Assembly (NCBI RefSeq): GCF_001194135.2
Contig: NC_068998.1
Location: 18,688,915-18,752,914 of the forward strand
Source: Octopus bimaculoides
Taxonomy: Eukaryota
Direction: 5' to 3'
Length of the DNA stretch: 64,000 nucleotides
Position numbers and translations under genes: made by a program. A model generated the notes under the pieces. The model saw only the letters and a program-made list of their open reading frames with translations. It was not told the origin of the DNA and ran no database searches. This document shows, piece by piece, positions 41,701 to 55,921 of this stretch. Within the stretch, counting starts at the first letter, position 1, and each line of letters opens with the position of its first letter.

Positions 41701-44096
41701 ACATCATTCGTGCGTTTGTACTGGTTTTAGCTTTAGAGTTTTAGAGTTTTAGGGTTAGGGTTAGGGTTAGGGTTTGGTTTTTAGGGTTAGGGTTAGGGTT
41801 ATGAGTAAAATACTCATAACATTCCTGCTGATAGTTGTTGTTGACAAACAACGGCACTAATTTTATTCAAGGGAAAAGATCCCATTACACCGCTAGAACA
41901 TGTTGTTTACATTCCACAGTAGTAATTGTTTTCACCTCAATAGACGTCAGTGATTGGTTGAAATTACTGAAATACGACAACTTTTAACATGAAATAACTT
42001 CGAATATAAACATTTTTCTCTGTTCTATAAGACAAAATATACAGGTGTACGAAGTTTTAAAGTGTTTCGGTAGAAAACACACTAAATAAAACATAAATAA
42101 AGAATGGCGCCTGCCAAATCAGAAAGATCCGCCCATGGTACTGCACAGTGGGACTGAACCTGAAACCATGTAATTGCAAAGCAAGCTTCTTAACTACTCA
42201 GCCATGTGGTGAATTCTTTCTCAATAGAAACCACGATATATTAACAGATAATAGCAGGTGTTTTAGGATGTATACTCTAGCTAAGAGGAACCAGGTATTA
42301 TGTCAGCAATAAAGTAAAGCAACTAAGAAGTAAAGACAAATGAATTATAAAAGCATTGAGATTTACCTTTGAAATGTCCACAGGTCTTGACATGATATTT
42401 GAGGACATATCACACACTATTGGAACACCGTTGGTATCTGGAACATCCTTAAATTCAACCCCTATGACAAAAAGGAAAATTTTTCAAAATTTGTAGAAAG
42501 TTTCACCATCAGCATGACCACCACCACCAATATTATTATGCTGTTGTTGTAGATACTGCAACTAGAGGTTCAGCATTGCAATTTGAGTTGGAATGGTAGA
42601 AAAGCTTTAACTTGAACTGACTAGAGATTTGAAAGCTCTGGGGAAAACTTGCACAAGAGGAATTCTGCCGCAGATTTGTTTGATAGAGTAGCAAATTGCA
42701 TTCTGTTCACAATATGTTCCATTGCATTCACAATATGTTTCCAGTGATTGCTGCTCTATTAGCTGCTGTTACTGTAACAACAAGTGGAGGCACAATGGCC
42801 CAGTGGTTAGGGCAGTGGACTCGAGGTCATAGGATCGCGGTTTCGATTCCCAGACCGGGCGTTGTGAGTGTTTATTGAGCAAAAACACCTAAAGCTTCAC
42901 AAGGCTCCGGCAGGGGATGGTGGTGAACCCTGCTGTACTCTTTCACCACAACTTTCTCTCACTCTTACTTCCTGTTTCTGTTGTGCCTGTAATTCAAAGG
43001 GTCAGCCTTGTCACGCTGAATATCCCCAAGAACTACGTTAAGGGTACATGTGTCTGTGGAGTGTTCAGCCAGTTGCACGTTAATTTCACAAGCGGGCTGT
43101 TCCGTTGATCGGATCAACTGGAACCCCTCGACGTCGTAAGTGACGGAGTGCCAACAACAACAATGTCTTCACATAAGCAGTGATGCAATCATGTTTAATG
43201 ATTCAATGTTTTGGTTTTACTATATTGGCCCTAAGATAAATATAATTTAATTCTGTTGCTAAACTTACCATCAATAGTTTCATTGTCACAATAATAAACA
43301 TAAGAAGCATCTTCATTTAGGTTCCAAGACTCTGAAGAAGGTATGGCTGGAAAAAGTAAAAAGAAAAAGAAACAATGTAAGTCTTTTTTTTATTAATTTT
43401 CCTTTTACAATTGAAAATAAAATGGTCTATGTATATGTTTATGTATTTGCACATGCTTCTCTATAGTCCACGTTTTACTCTGAGTGAGAGGCCCTTTGTT
43501 ACCAGCAAGAGTAGGAGCTCCCTGAACTTTGCCCAGGTTATTCTTATTCTAGCAGCTATGCTCTCAGAGCTTCCACCCCGTCTACTGACTTGGTCACCAA
43601 GGTAACGGAATCTATGAACTACTTCTAATTTTTCCCCCTGGCATGTGATAGAATCTGATTTCTGTACATCTTCAGTGTTTATTGCACCTGTGCATCTTCC
43701 ACACACAAAAACTATCTTCTCAGTTAACCTTCCTTTGATATTGCTGCACCTCTTATGTGTCCATAGCTTACACCATGTACATCTTATGAAACTTCTACCT
43801 ACACCTTTTCTACAGATCAAGCAGGGGCCATCTACCTGGATTTGTGATTTATCCGCCTTACTACTTACTAAAACTTTGGTTTACATATATATATATATGT
43901 ATGTATATACGTATGTATATATATTGGAAGGTTTGGAGGTGATGTACAGAAATTATATAGAAAAAAATTAAGGTACTCAGAAATCTGGATGTTTGTACAT
44001 TTACAGATTTTTATTACTGTCACATGTTTTATAAATTAAATAAAGCGCTTTTCACCTAATCGTGTAGGATTTTCAAATTGTTTGTATTTTCAAATG

Positions 44097-44140
<44 letters not shown>

Positions 44141-47100
44141 GAGCTTCTTTCAGTTTCCATCTACCAAATCCACTCACAAGGCTTTGGTCAGCCTGAGGCT
44201 ATAGTAGAAGACACTTGCCCAAGGTGCCATGCAGTTGGACTGAATCTGGAACTATGTGGTTGGGAAGCAAACTTCTTACCACACAGCCATGCCTGTGCCT
44301 ATGCAATATTTAAAATTTATATATGGTTCAAAAGTACAATAATTATATCTTTACTGATTTCAAATTTCATGGTGCCAGACACACACACACACAAAATGAA
44401 ATGTACTAAAAAATACTAATTTTCAAAATAAAGATATTTATCAAATTAAAGTAAAATTCAAGAAAATAAATCAGATTTAAAGCTGTAGGTTTAACTCAAA
44501 CACTCTGTCAACAACATTGATTGAGTTGTGGTATTAGACCCTCAGGGCTGCAAAAATTTAGCAGTCTCTGCACCAAGCAGTGCTTAGGCATAAGTGAGCT
44601 TTAGATTAGTTAGAATATGTTTGTGACATATTTTAACTTCTGAAGGTAAATTTACAGCAGTTACCATGGAGAAAAAATGTTCTCTAATGATTCCCAGATC
44701 ATAGTGTAGCTGGGGGAAGAGGGAACGGTCCACTCTGGGTGGCACTTTTAGGTCTGCTGTAAGCAATATGTGTTTTTTTGTGGGGTCCAGTGGGGAAAAT
44801 GGAAGACCACTCTGGGCAGCACATCCTCTAGCTATGCTAGTGTCCCAGATGCAATATTTCTAGCTTTTTAGCCATTCTCAATGGGAAATACTGAAGAGAA
44901 GTAATATGGGCAGATTCAAAGTAGTAGCTTTAACTAAAACACTGTCAACAACATTAATTGCTGAATTTCTTCTGACCTGGCAGATTAATAGCACAACTCA
45001 GTCATATATAGTAGAATTAGAACCTGAAACTGCATGATTGTAAACTGAACTTCTTGACCACACAACTATGCATACTCAAAGCACATCTTACAGAAAACTT
45101 ACAGCCATAACTCTCCATTTTAGGTAAAACCTTGTGAACTGTTCCAAATTTTGAAGCTTCTTTTGCAGCCTTTTCTGACCATTTACCAGTAACAAAGTAA
45201 TCAGCACACTTGTTAGGTTTCAGCTGCATCAGATTTAATGCAATTGCTGCAGTTTGTCCTGTACCACCCGCTGGCAAAAGCAATACATGATAATTCTCTG
45301 GAATATTCCTACAAGAAAAATTCAACAATTTATTTATTTATTAATTTCTTAACAAATCTGAAATGAAGACGAGTTATTCTTACTATTCTTACAGAATTAA
45401 AAGGAATTTTGTTACAAGACGTACAGTATTGTAGAGAGTGAGTATAGAAAATGGAAACATAAAAAAATGGTAGAGATATCAGGAGAACCCAGAAGTTATA
45501 ATAAGCATTGATAAGAAACTGTAAGGATGAGGTGAACCGGGAGAAAAGGGTCAGTGACATCTATGGCTGAGGGGCCTGACCAGAAGAAGAGTGAGGGAGT
45601 TCATGTCAGCAGAAGTAGAGCCACTGTGGCCCACTTTGCTTTGGGGCATTTGTGGGAGACAGATGTGTGAGCTAGAGAAGGAATTTACTAATAAATTCTG
45701 GCAATAGGTTAGGTGGGTAGGGCACTTTTTGGATGTATATATATATACATACATACATACATACATACACACACATGATATACATACACATGACAAACAT
45801 CTTTTGGTTTTTGCCTGCCAGATTCATCCAAAAGGTTTTGTTTAGCCTAGAACTATGATAGAACTCCCATGTCCAAGCTGCCATGCAATGGGACTGAACC
45901 CAAGATTGTATGGCTGGGAAGTAAGCTTTCTAACTACACTGCTACAGCTGCACCTATTCACCTTTTCAACCAAAGTATTTGGTTTGTACCTGAATATTCA
46001 TCATCATCCTCCTCATCATCATCATCATCATCGTTTAATGTCCGCTTTCCATGCTAGCATGGGTTGGACGATTTGACTGAGGACTGGCAAGCCAGAAGGC
46101 TGCACCAGGCTCCAATCTGATCTGGCAGAGTTTCTACAGCTGAATGCCCTACCTAATACCAACCACTCTGAGAGTGTAGTGGGTGCTTTTATGTGCCACA
46201 GGCATGAGGGCCAGTCGCACGGTACTGGCAACAGCCACGCTCAAAATGGTGTTTTTTACATGCCACCTGCATGGGAGCCAGTCCAGCGGCATTGGCAATG
46301 ACCTCACTTGAATGATTTTCTATCATGCCACCAGCACATGTGCTAGAAGGCAACGCTAGTAATGATTATGCTCAAATGGTGCTATTTACGGGCCACTAGC
46401 ATGGAAGCCAAACAGCTGCTCTGGCAATGAACACACTCGAACAGTGCTGTTAGTGCTCCACTGGCGCAGGTGCCACTCATCGAGTATGGTTCAATTACGA
46501 TTTCACTTGCCCCAACAGGTCTTCGTAAGCAGAGTTTAGTGTCTCCACCAGTGTTTATTTTATCTTCAATCTTTTCTCCAGGATGACTAAAATGCAAAAT
46601 AGGCTAATATTGGAGTTGATTAATCAATTGTATGCCTTCCCTACAAAGCTGTAACTCTCTACTAATTTGGGAAATCGATATACATGACACAGATGGCACG
46701 CTCTAGTTACAATTACTAATTGTAGACATTTTTCTTTATTTACATTGCTGGATAAAGTTAAACATTACAAATCACTTTTGCTTCCTTACAAACTTAAAGG
46801 ATTGTAGGGGATGGGGGAAAATGAATATTGTGGACAGGGGAAGGCATTAAGTTAATGAGTAAACTTCTTAACCACATAGTTTTAGGTTCAATCTCACTGT
46901 GAGACATCTTGGGCAAGTGACTCCTTTATAGCTTTTGGCAGACCAAAGCCATGTGAATGGATTTGGGAGCTAGAAACTGCAAAAAAGCCTGTCATATCTG
47001 AGTGTGTTTGTGTGTGCTTACATTTGTGCTTAAAATTGCTCAGCTACAGGCAGTAATGTTGCTGTCACATTTCCCCTGACAACTGGTTATCTGCTAGTTT

Positions 47101-48801
47101 TATGTCTTCAAACACATATGGAATAAGATATCCTTTACTTGAAAAACAGGTAAAGGTTAGTGGTAGAAAGGGTATCCAGTTGTAAAACAATGCTTCAATA
47201 TATTCTTCTAACTCATGCTAGCATGGAGAAACAGGCAGAAAAATGAATGCCTGAATTTATTTGACTGCCCCGAATTCAAAAGTTGCCTGCTGCATTAAAT
47301 TGTAACTGTAAAAAATAGTTATATCCTTTTAGACATGATAGTAAAACTATATAAAAGAAGAAATGATTTTTAAAATGAATTCACTTGAAATTAATAAAGA
47401 GAACATTAATCAACTTACAAAAGATATCTTACGTCATCCTTGGTTTTCTGTAGGATTTGACGGAAATCCTCACTTCGGTGGCTTAATTCTGAGAACAATT
47501 AATGCAGAGCAAAAGGCACAATGAAACAAACATTATAAAGTAAGGATTAAAACACAGTCATAATTGTAACATAGAATTTAATAAACATCAAGAATCTCCT
47601 TCTTATTGATAAACACTGAAATGTGAATTACACAGTGTAACACGATTTTTGTCCTTGACTAGTATCTGTTATTTCCTATTTGCTTACCCCTAGAAAGTAT
47701 GAAAAATAGTTAATATTTCTTTCAAACTTTGCTTTTGTTACATTTATTTAAACCCTAAAGAATCCCTTTCAACACATGGTTATGATGCTCCCCTACTATT
47801 CCTGCTCATGATCAGAGATGCACATGTTGTCAGCTATTAAGGGACATGCTCAAGTGGTTAAGGTCAAACAACTGGCAAGCAAATCTTTGGTATTGAGCAG
47901 AATATTTGCTATAACAATATGTGGTCTGATCAATAAATATCCGGACTGACCCCAAGGTTTATTTTGTTTTAAGACTGGTACTTATCTAATTAGTCTCTTT
48001 CGTTGAACTGCTAAGTTCTGGACACAAACAAGCCAACACCGGTTGTCAAGGAGGGGTGGCAAACACACACACACATGCAAACACGCACACATACACAATG
48101 AGTTTCCAAACAGTTTCCACTTAACAAATTCATTCGCAAGGCATTGGTTGGTCTACAGCTATTGTAGAAAACACTTGCCCAAGCTGCTGTGCAGTGGGAC
48201 TGAACCCAAAACTATGTGGTTGCAAAGCAAGCTTCTTAACCATTCAGCCATGCCATTACTAACATCAGTTTTTGCTTTCACAAGTAAAGGAACCAACAAG
48301 ACATTAACCTTAAATGTCAAATTAAAATCTTTCCAATTGTCAAGCAGATAAGATGTAGCCAAATGTTCAAAAAGCTCTTTAGACAAGCTTTTCACTTTTG
48401 AAATTATCTTAGTAAATAAATATGGCTATAAGAAACCTGCATTGAAACCATGTGATTTCAAGTACAGTCCCACAGCATGGCACCTTGGGTAAGTGTCTTC
48501 TACTATAGAACCCAGACTGACCAATACCTTGTGAGTGGATTTTGTAGACAGAAACTAAGTGAAAGCCAGGAATATATATATATATATATTTATATTAAGG
48601 GCATTACTATACATAAATGCTTCATGCTAGGAGGGACTCTTAAAGTCAAATGCCTCCTAGTGTGAGACATTTATCTATAGTAATGCCCTTAATATAACTA
48701 AATATATTTATAGGGAATAATTAATAAATTTTTCCCTTAGGAGGTTTTTTCACGCTAACTACTTGATAAATTCTTATAAAGATTTTATCCTATATTTAAA
48801 T

Positions 48802-48832
<31 letters not shown>

Positions 48833-51800
48833 TATAGTGCAGGTGTAGCTGTGTGGTAAGTTTGCTTCCCAACCACATGGTTCTAGGTTCAGTCCCACTG
48901 CATGGCACCTTGGACAAGTGTCTTCTACTATATATAGCCTCGGGTCGACCAAAGCCTTGTGAGTGGATTTGGTAGCCAGAAATTGAAAGAATACCATCAT
49001 GTGTGTGTGTGCGCGCGTGCATGCGTGTGTATTTGTGTCTGTGTTTGTCCCCCACCACCACTTGACAACCTGATAACCACTGTTGGTGTGTTTATGTCCC
49101 CATAACTTAGTGGTTTGGCAAAGAAGCCAATAGAATAAATACCAGAATGAGTACTGGGGTCAAGTCATTTGACTAAAAAAAAAAAATTCAAGGTGCTGCT
49201 GCCCCAGTATGGCCACCGTCTAATGATTGAAACAAGTAAAAGAGATGTATGTGTTTGTTTGTTTGTGTGTGTGTGTAGGTTGTCTTCGTGTTTACATCTA
49301 CACTTCCTCCTAGTGCTTGACAACCAGTGTTGGTTTGTTTACACCCCTATAACTTCAGCGAAATGACTGATAAATCAATTTGTTTTGACTAAACCCTTGG
49401 AAGTGGTGCCCCAGCATGACCTTAGTTCAGTGACTGAAACAAGTAAAGGATAAAAAGAGATAAGATAAAAAAATACGCAGAATGAGTAAAAAAACTCAAA
49501 CTTACCCAATATACCCACTCCAGTTTGTTTGTAATTAAGCATATCATTTTGAATCTCAGTCAAAACCTTCAAAATAAATAACATCATATTATACAACATT
49601 ATTGCCAACAGAGAGCCATTATAAGGTTTCTCAAACTGCTAAAAATAGTAGTCAAATCTCCCCCAAATCACATGTAATCCTGAGTTCCCTGCATGTAGGA
49701 AAAATAAGGGGTGGTCACAGTTGGAATGCCTTTCATAGTAGATATATTTAATCAGGTTTAACCTGGGACTAAGCAACAACAACAGCAATAAGGTTATTGC
49801 TGTTTAGCCTGCAGATCATCTTGGATTGAGCAAATTTATGTTCAAATGTGTTTCCACTGCAACTATCCAGTCTTATTCTGACATAATGCATCTAGGACGC
49901 CATTCTCCAGTGGTCCTGTTTTTTGTAATACATTAAATTGTGATTTGGCTGCTATTCATAGTGGATTAAATGTCAGCTTAGAGGTTCTATTATTGGCTCT
50001 TCAAGGGGAGGGTTTAGTTAATTGGCTTCATGAGGGTATCATCATCATCATCATTGTTTAATGTTCACTCTTCTATTCATGCATAAGGAGAGAGGGAGAG
50101 AGACAGACAGAGACAGAAACAGACAGGGAAAATGGTGAAGATGTGTCAGGGTATACTCTTAAGTTACAGGAATGAAGAGGTACAGAGGATTAGATAAGGT
50201 AGGTGAGTAGGTAGGTTTTGCGAAAATGCAAAAGGAGAGTGGACATGGGTGGAGACAATGGTCTGTGTTTTGTAGAATTGAGAAGGGCTAATCCACTACA
50301 AAATGCTTGAAAGCAACCACATGGTCCAATGCAAAGCTTTATTTTCAGCAATTGCTCAAGCTCAACAAGGTAATCCAGCAGAAATGGCATGCTTCTTCAG
50401 CATGACAGCACTTACCCCCCACGTCAATAATTTGACCAAAAATGTTATTCAAGAGCTCTGTACAAAGGGGTGCTGGCTTTGGGTAAAAGAAAATACTGGA
50501 GGATCAGTTAATTATGATTTTATTCAACATATTCCCCTCTCAGATTCACACACTTATTGCAGTAGTCCTTCAGTTTTTCTAAGCCCTGTAAAAGAACTTG
50601 GAACGTTGGGCCTCCAACCAAACCTTTCATGACACCCTTAAAGCCAGGAACTTTTCAGCACCCCCTCATATAGCACCTTCAGATTACCCTCTTTATCAGT
50701 TGCTCTCCAAAAGTCTATGAGGCTCTTCATTCAATAACGACACGTTGAGTCTACCATCAAGGCATTGACAAGTTTGTGGAATATTGGCAAGAAGTTGTGA
50801 ACAATGAAGGAAAATATATTATTGACTGATTTGCCAAAGACAAATTAAAGATTAATATAATTGGAATAAAGTTAATAAATTTATCTGAGAATCCAGTATT
50901 ATTACTTCAGTGCAATATGTATTAGAGTTTGCATTGAGTTAAGCCATATGTAGATACATCCATACATACAAGGGTGGTTTGGTCATTTTGGGGGATGAAG
51001 AGAGTAGTTGTAGTTGATAGCCATTGAGGCAATTCTTGTGTGCCCTTGACACTTTCTCCATACAGTTGCATGAGATCTCACCAATAAAAGTAGAAATTCT
51101 TTAAATTCTTCAGTCAGTAACCTGTTATGAGGCCTGGGCATTTATGGTTTAACATTTTCTGTAGAACTGTTTCCAGTATTTTGCCATATATTTCATATTA
51201 CTTTTGATGGACATGTCTGCAATAGTCTTGCTCCTATTATTTTTAGCCATACAGCTTGTTTGTTGAATTGATCATCTGTTTTCCAAACAGGTCTCCAGTA
51301 GCCCTTAACATGATCTTTTGTGGGGGGTGTCTTTTACAGAGACCGAGCTTTTTGCATTAAAGCTGTGATAAACTGACTTGGGATCTCTTGAGCGTTTACT
51401 GTTTATATGTTATAGATTTATATTTTAGCTTTTGTGTTGTAGTTGTGAGTTGTTTCAGCTGATGCAGTTTGGAATTTAGGTTTCTGAATCCTGTATCACC
51501 AAATCACCTCTCTAGTTTTTTCTAATGTCTTCTTGATGTCATGTGAAGTTGTTCTCAGTGTTACATTTCATAACTACAATTATCTGGTGAAATACTTTTT
51601 TATGCAGGAATAAAATTTTATTTTTTAAGTTATGTGCCCATGCTGGTTCAGGCTTTCTATTTGAATCTTGATTGCATGGCTGCAGTTCTTTGTGATACAC
51701 TAGTAATGTAATAGCTGAGACATATCAAAAGGTAAATGGTTTTGTAGGTTGTTTTTTTATACCTCTTGACACTGTATATGTGTGTGTGTGTGTGTGCATG

Positions 51801-54800
51801 CATGTGCATGTGTGTGCGTACATATTAAATGTGCATAGTGTGAAACTATTCAAAAGAATGAAATAGAGCAAGAATGATTGATTAGAAAGTTACCATTAAT
51901 GTTACTAATTCACTTTTATGTGAGTAGTGTCAAGAAGATTAAGTGAAATCTAATACTTAAAAATACTATAAAATTTTGCCTTTACAATAAATTATTTTTG
52001 CTTAACTCTTTAGCATCAGATTATTCTGTGAAATGTAATGCTTATTTATTCACAATACAAATGACCTTGAGATCTGTAATACTAACTTCAGGAAACCTGC
52101 AAGTCACCTGTTCACCTACCAGCCCTGTGGGCACACTAGTCAGATTGACTATATTCTCGCCAGGAAACAAGATGGCTGCTTATAAATGCCAAAACTTTCC
52201 CAGGTGAAGAATGCACCCCACAACATAGGTTAGTTGTTAGTGACTTCAGGATCAGGGTTAAATGGCTGCCCAGAAAACGACCAGTTTGGAAAAGAAGGGT
52301 CTGGAAGCTTAAGGATCCTCTGAATGGATGGAGATTTATAGATGTATTACTTGAAGCTTTTGATGAAAATGAGGAGGATACAGCAACATATAACATGGAA
52401 GACAACTGGAGGTTCCTACGGGACAACTTGTTGAGGGCTACTGATCAGATCTGTGGCTGGTGCAAAATCCCCTCCCAACCTAAGGTGACATGGTGGTGGA
52501 ACAATGTAGTTGACAGGGCCATTAGGGAAAAGAAACAGGCATGGAAGGCCTGGAAGTGTGTTGGTAGCAGGAAACTGTATTAGATAACCAGAAGGGAAGC
52601 TAGGAGACAGGTTTACCTAGCCAGAAGGAAAGCAGAAAAGAAGAAATTTGCCAACGTTTTGCATATTGAGGACCAGAGACTTGAAGTGTTTCGAATTGCA
52701 AGACAGTGTGTGAAAATCACAATGACATAGGAGAGAAATGTGTCTGCATGGATGATGGCTCACTTGCATTTAATGATGCTGCAAAGAAAGAGACTGGAGA
52801 TGCCACTATGAAAGGTTGCTAAATGAAGAGAATAAATGGGAGAAAGAGAGTCTGCCAAATGTTGACCCAACTGAGAGACCAGCTATCCGAATTGACATTA
52901 CCTTGGTAGATAAAACAATTAAGGATTTGAAGACAGAATCTTTTCTTCATAAGCATCAGGCATCTTCTGAGCAAGCTTGGTTCTAGTCCTTTGACTCAAA
53001 CCATTCCTCTTTATAAAATGGAAGCACCAGATGGGCGTACCTTTAAAATCAGTTGCCTCTTACCCTTCCTTTTTGCTCTTTTTTATCTCATGAGCAATTC
53101 TTCCTTGATCAATGGGGATCTTTGTCGAAACAAATGCACCAGTTTGCCTTTGGCTTTCGATCCAGTGTTTGAGTTTTCTCCTCCAGATTTGGCCACCTTG
53201 CCTATTTGCGTTGTGTTGCTCTCTTCATCCTTGGCATCTTTGTGCTTTCTCCACAGTCCACTCATGGCTGTTGTAGGAGGAGGCCCAAACTGTCTTGCTG
53301 CAGCTTTATTTCCATGCTCCTCTGCAAACTGAATCACTTTCAATTTGAAATTTGCAGGATATGAAATGATGTGTTTTTTATTCTCAGACATTTCTATGCT
53401 AATAGAAAACAAAAATCTATAAAATAAGTAATGCAGGATCAATTTAAATAATAGTAGGCAGTACCTAAGATTGTGTCTCAGTTGAATTTCCATATTTGTT
53501 TATGCTATATTCACGCCTGTTTCAGTATGAGCTGCATTGCCATATATGGCTATTGAGCATGCTTGCTGTCTCTGATAAGTTGTATGACTTCTGTATGCAG
53601 CCTGAGTTTCTAAAAAAGTGTTAATGTTTGCACTTGCGTGTTCGCTCGCAATTTTAAATACCATATAGAACTTTTGTGTTAATACAAAAATATGGATTCA
53701 ACAGTCTCAGTGAGCATGAATAAGTACTGTTTGGCAGATGATTGTCATTCGCAATGGCCACTTTATGCACGTTATTGCTTGAGGAACAGATAGCGACTCA
53801 TCCAATAGGACATCGCAACCCATTGCGATGTTGTAAGTCATAGAGATTTGAGGTTCAAGGAATTAAGTAATCTATTAGTATCTATAATATTATCCATGTA
53901 TAAGAAACTCCCATATTTTTTAACCTAATCTTTGACAAAAAAGGGTTTCTTAGACATGTTAAAATATGGTATATATATATATATATATGCACACACATAC
54001 ATATATATATTCTTTTTTCTTTTCTTTTACTTGTTTGTCATTTGACTGCGACCATGCTGGAGCACCACCTCTAGTCCAGCAAATCGACCCCAGGACTTAT
54101 TCTTTGTAAGCCTAGTACTTATTCTATCGGTCTCTCTTGCCGAACCGCTAGTTGACGGGGACGTAAACACACCAGCATCGGTTCTCAGCGACATTGNNNN
54201 NNNNNNNNNNNNNNNNNNNNNNNNNNNNNNNNNNNNNNNNNNNNNNNNNNNNNNNNNNNNNNNNNNNNNNNNNNNNNNNNNNNNNNNNNNNNNNNNNNNN
54301 NNNNNNNNNNNNNNNNNNNNNNNNNNNNNNNNNNNNNNNNNNNNNNNNNNNNNNTTCAGTTTCTGCCTACCAAATCCACTCACAAGGCTTTGGTTGGCCC
54401 GAGGCTATAGAAGGAGACACTTGCCCAAGGTGCCACGCAGTGGGACTGAACCCGGAACCATGTGGTTGGTAAGCAAGCTACTTACCACACAGCCACTTCC
54501 TTCTTTTAAATGAATATAAACTTTATTGTTTTAAGGGAATTTCATTCCCCCAAAATTCTAGGTATCGAAACCAGTATTTCCTTGGATGCAACCATCTCTT
54601 CACAAGGTTAACATATCCTCTAATTAAATTTAATTATACATATACATGCATATATATCAATTTATATATTGATATATATATATATATATATATATATAGG
54701 AAGAATTCACAAAAAAAACAACAGACGAAGACAGGTGGAGTAGAAAACAAATAGCTGTATTAGTATAACGCTTGGGGATTGAAAAGTCTTTAATGTTTCG

Positions 54801-55320
54801 AGCCTACGCTCTTCCACAGAAAGAAACAAGGAGAGAAAAAAAGGTGTGTAGTGGTCAACAATCTATCATATATACATACATACTATTCTATATTTTTGAG
54901 ATGAGGAATTATGTACATTATTTACAATGGACTGATAGGTAACAACAAACAAGGTGAGGACACCTACCTGTCCATTGTAAATAATGTGTGTATATATATA
55001 TACATACTGATATAGGGTGAAATTAATAATTAACAACTAATAATTTCACCAAATAGTTCGGTATGTTAAAAGAACTATTATCGGTAAACTTATACAAAAA
55101 TTTTATAATTATAAGCATAATTATAATTAGGGTTCAGCAAAAATTGCTTCACCACATGCCGAAATTTAGAAATAGCAGTTAAATACTACTCCCCTACCAT
55201 AATATATCTCCCAGACAGCAATACTCCCAATTCACGCAGGCAAAGAGAAAAAATAACGAATCCACCTGGCTTTGATTAACTATATAATTATGTATGTGTG
55301 TATGTATTATAAAATTTATA

Positions 55321-55368
<48 letters not shown>

Positions 55369-55921
55369 TATATACATATACATATAAATATAAAAGAAGA
55401 AAAGAAAATGGAGATAAGGAAGTTGATAATTGTTTATTAGTAACAAATTGGTCATCTTCGCTTCTTACACCCATTTCAATTAATACTCAGTAATTTAATT
55501 ACAAATTTGTACATTAAATTTACATTTATGTGACATGAGCATAATTCAGACTACTGACATGAATTGAAAGGTCACATGTAACATCCAAAGGTACACCTTT
55601 TTTCTCTGATGAAATTATACTCATGTCACATAAATGTAAATTTAATGTACAAATATGTAATTAGATTATTGAGTATTAATTGAAACAGTTGTAAGAAGTG
55701 ATGATGACCAGTTTGTTAATAATAAACAATTATTAACTTCCTAATCTCTATTTTTTCCTTCTTGTAAATGAATATAAACTATGTAATTAATATATACCTA
55801 TTGTTTTAAGAGAATTTCATTCCCCCAAAATTCTAGGTATTGAAACCAGTATTTCCTTGGATGCAACCATCTATTTACAAGGTTAACATATCCTCTAATT
55901 AAATTTAATTATACATATACA

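Noticed and set aside
43181-43189. TGATGCAAT, an ATF4/C-EBP-type element in a PSAT1 intron (PSAT1 is an ATF4 target in mammals)
   Set aside because: A single 9-mer in 64 kb of AT-rich DNA is expected by chance; no conservation evidence.
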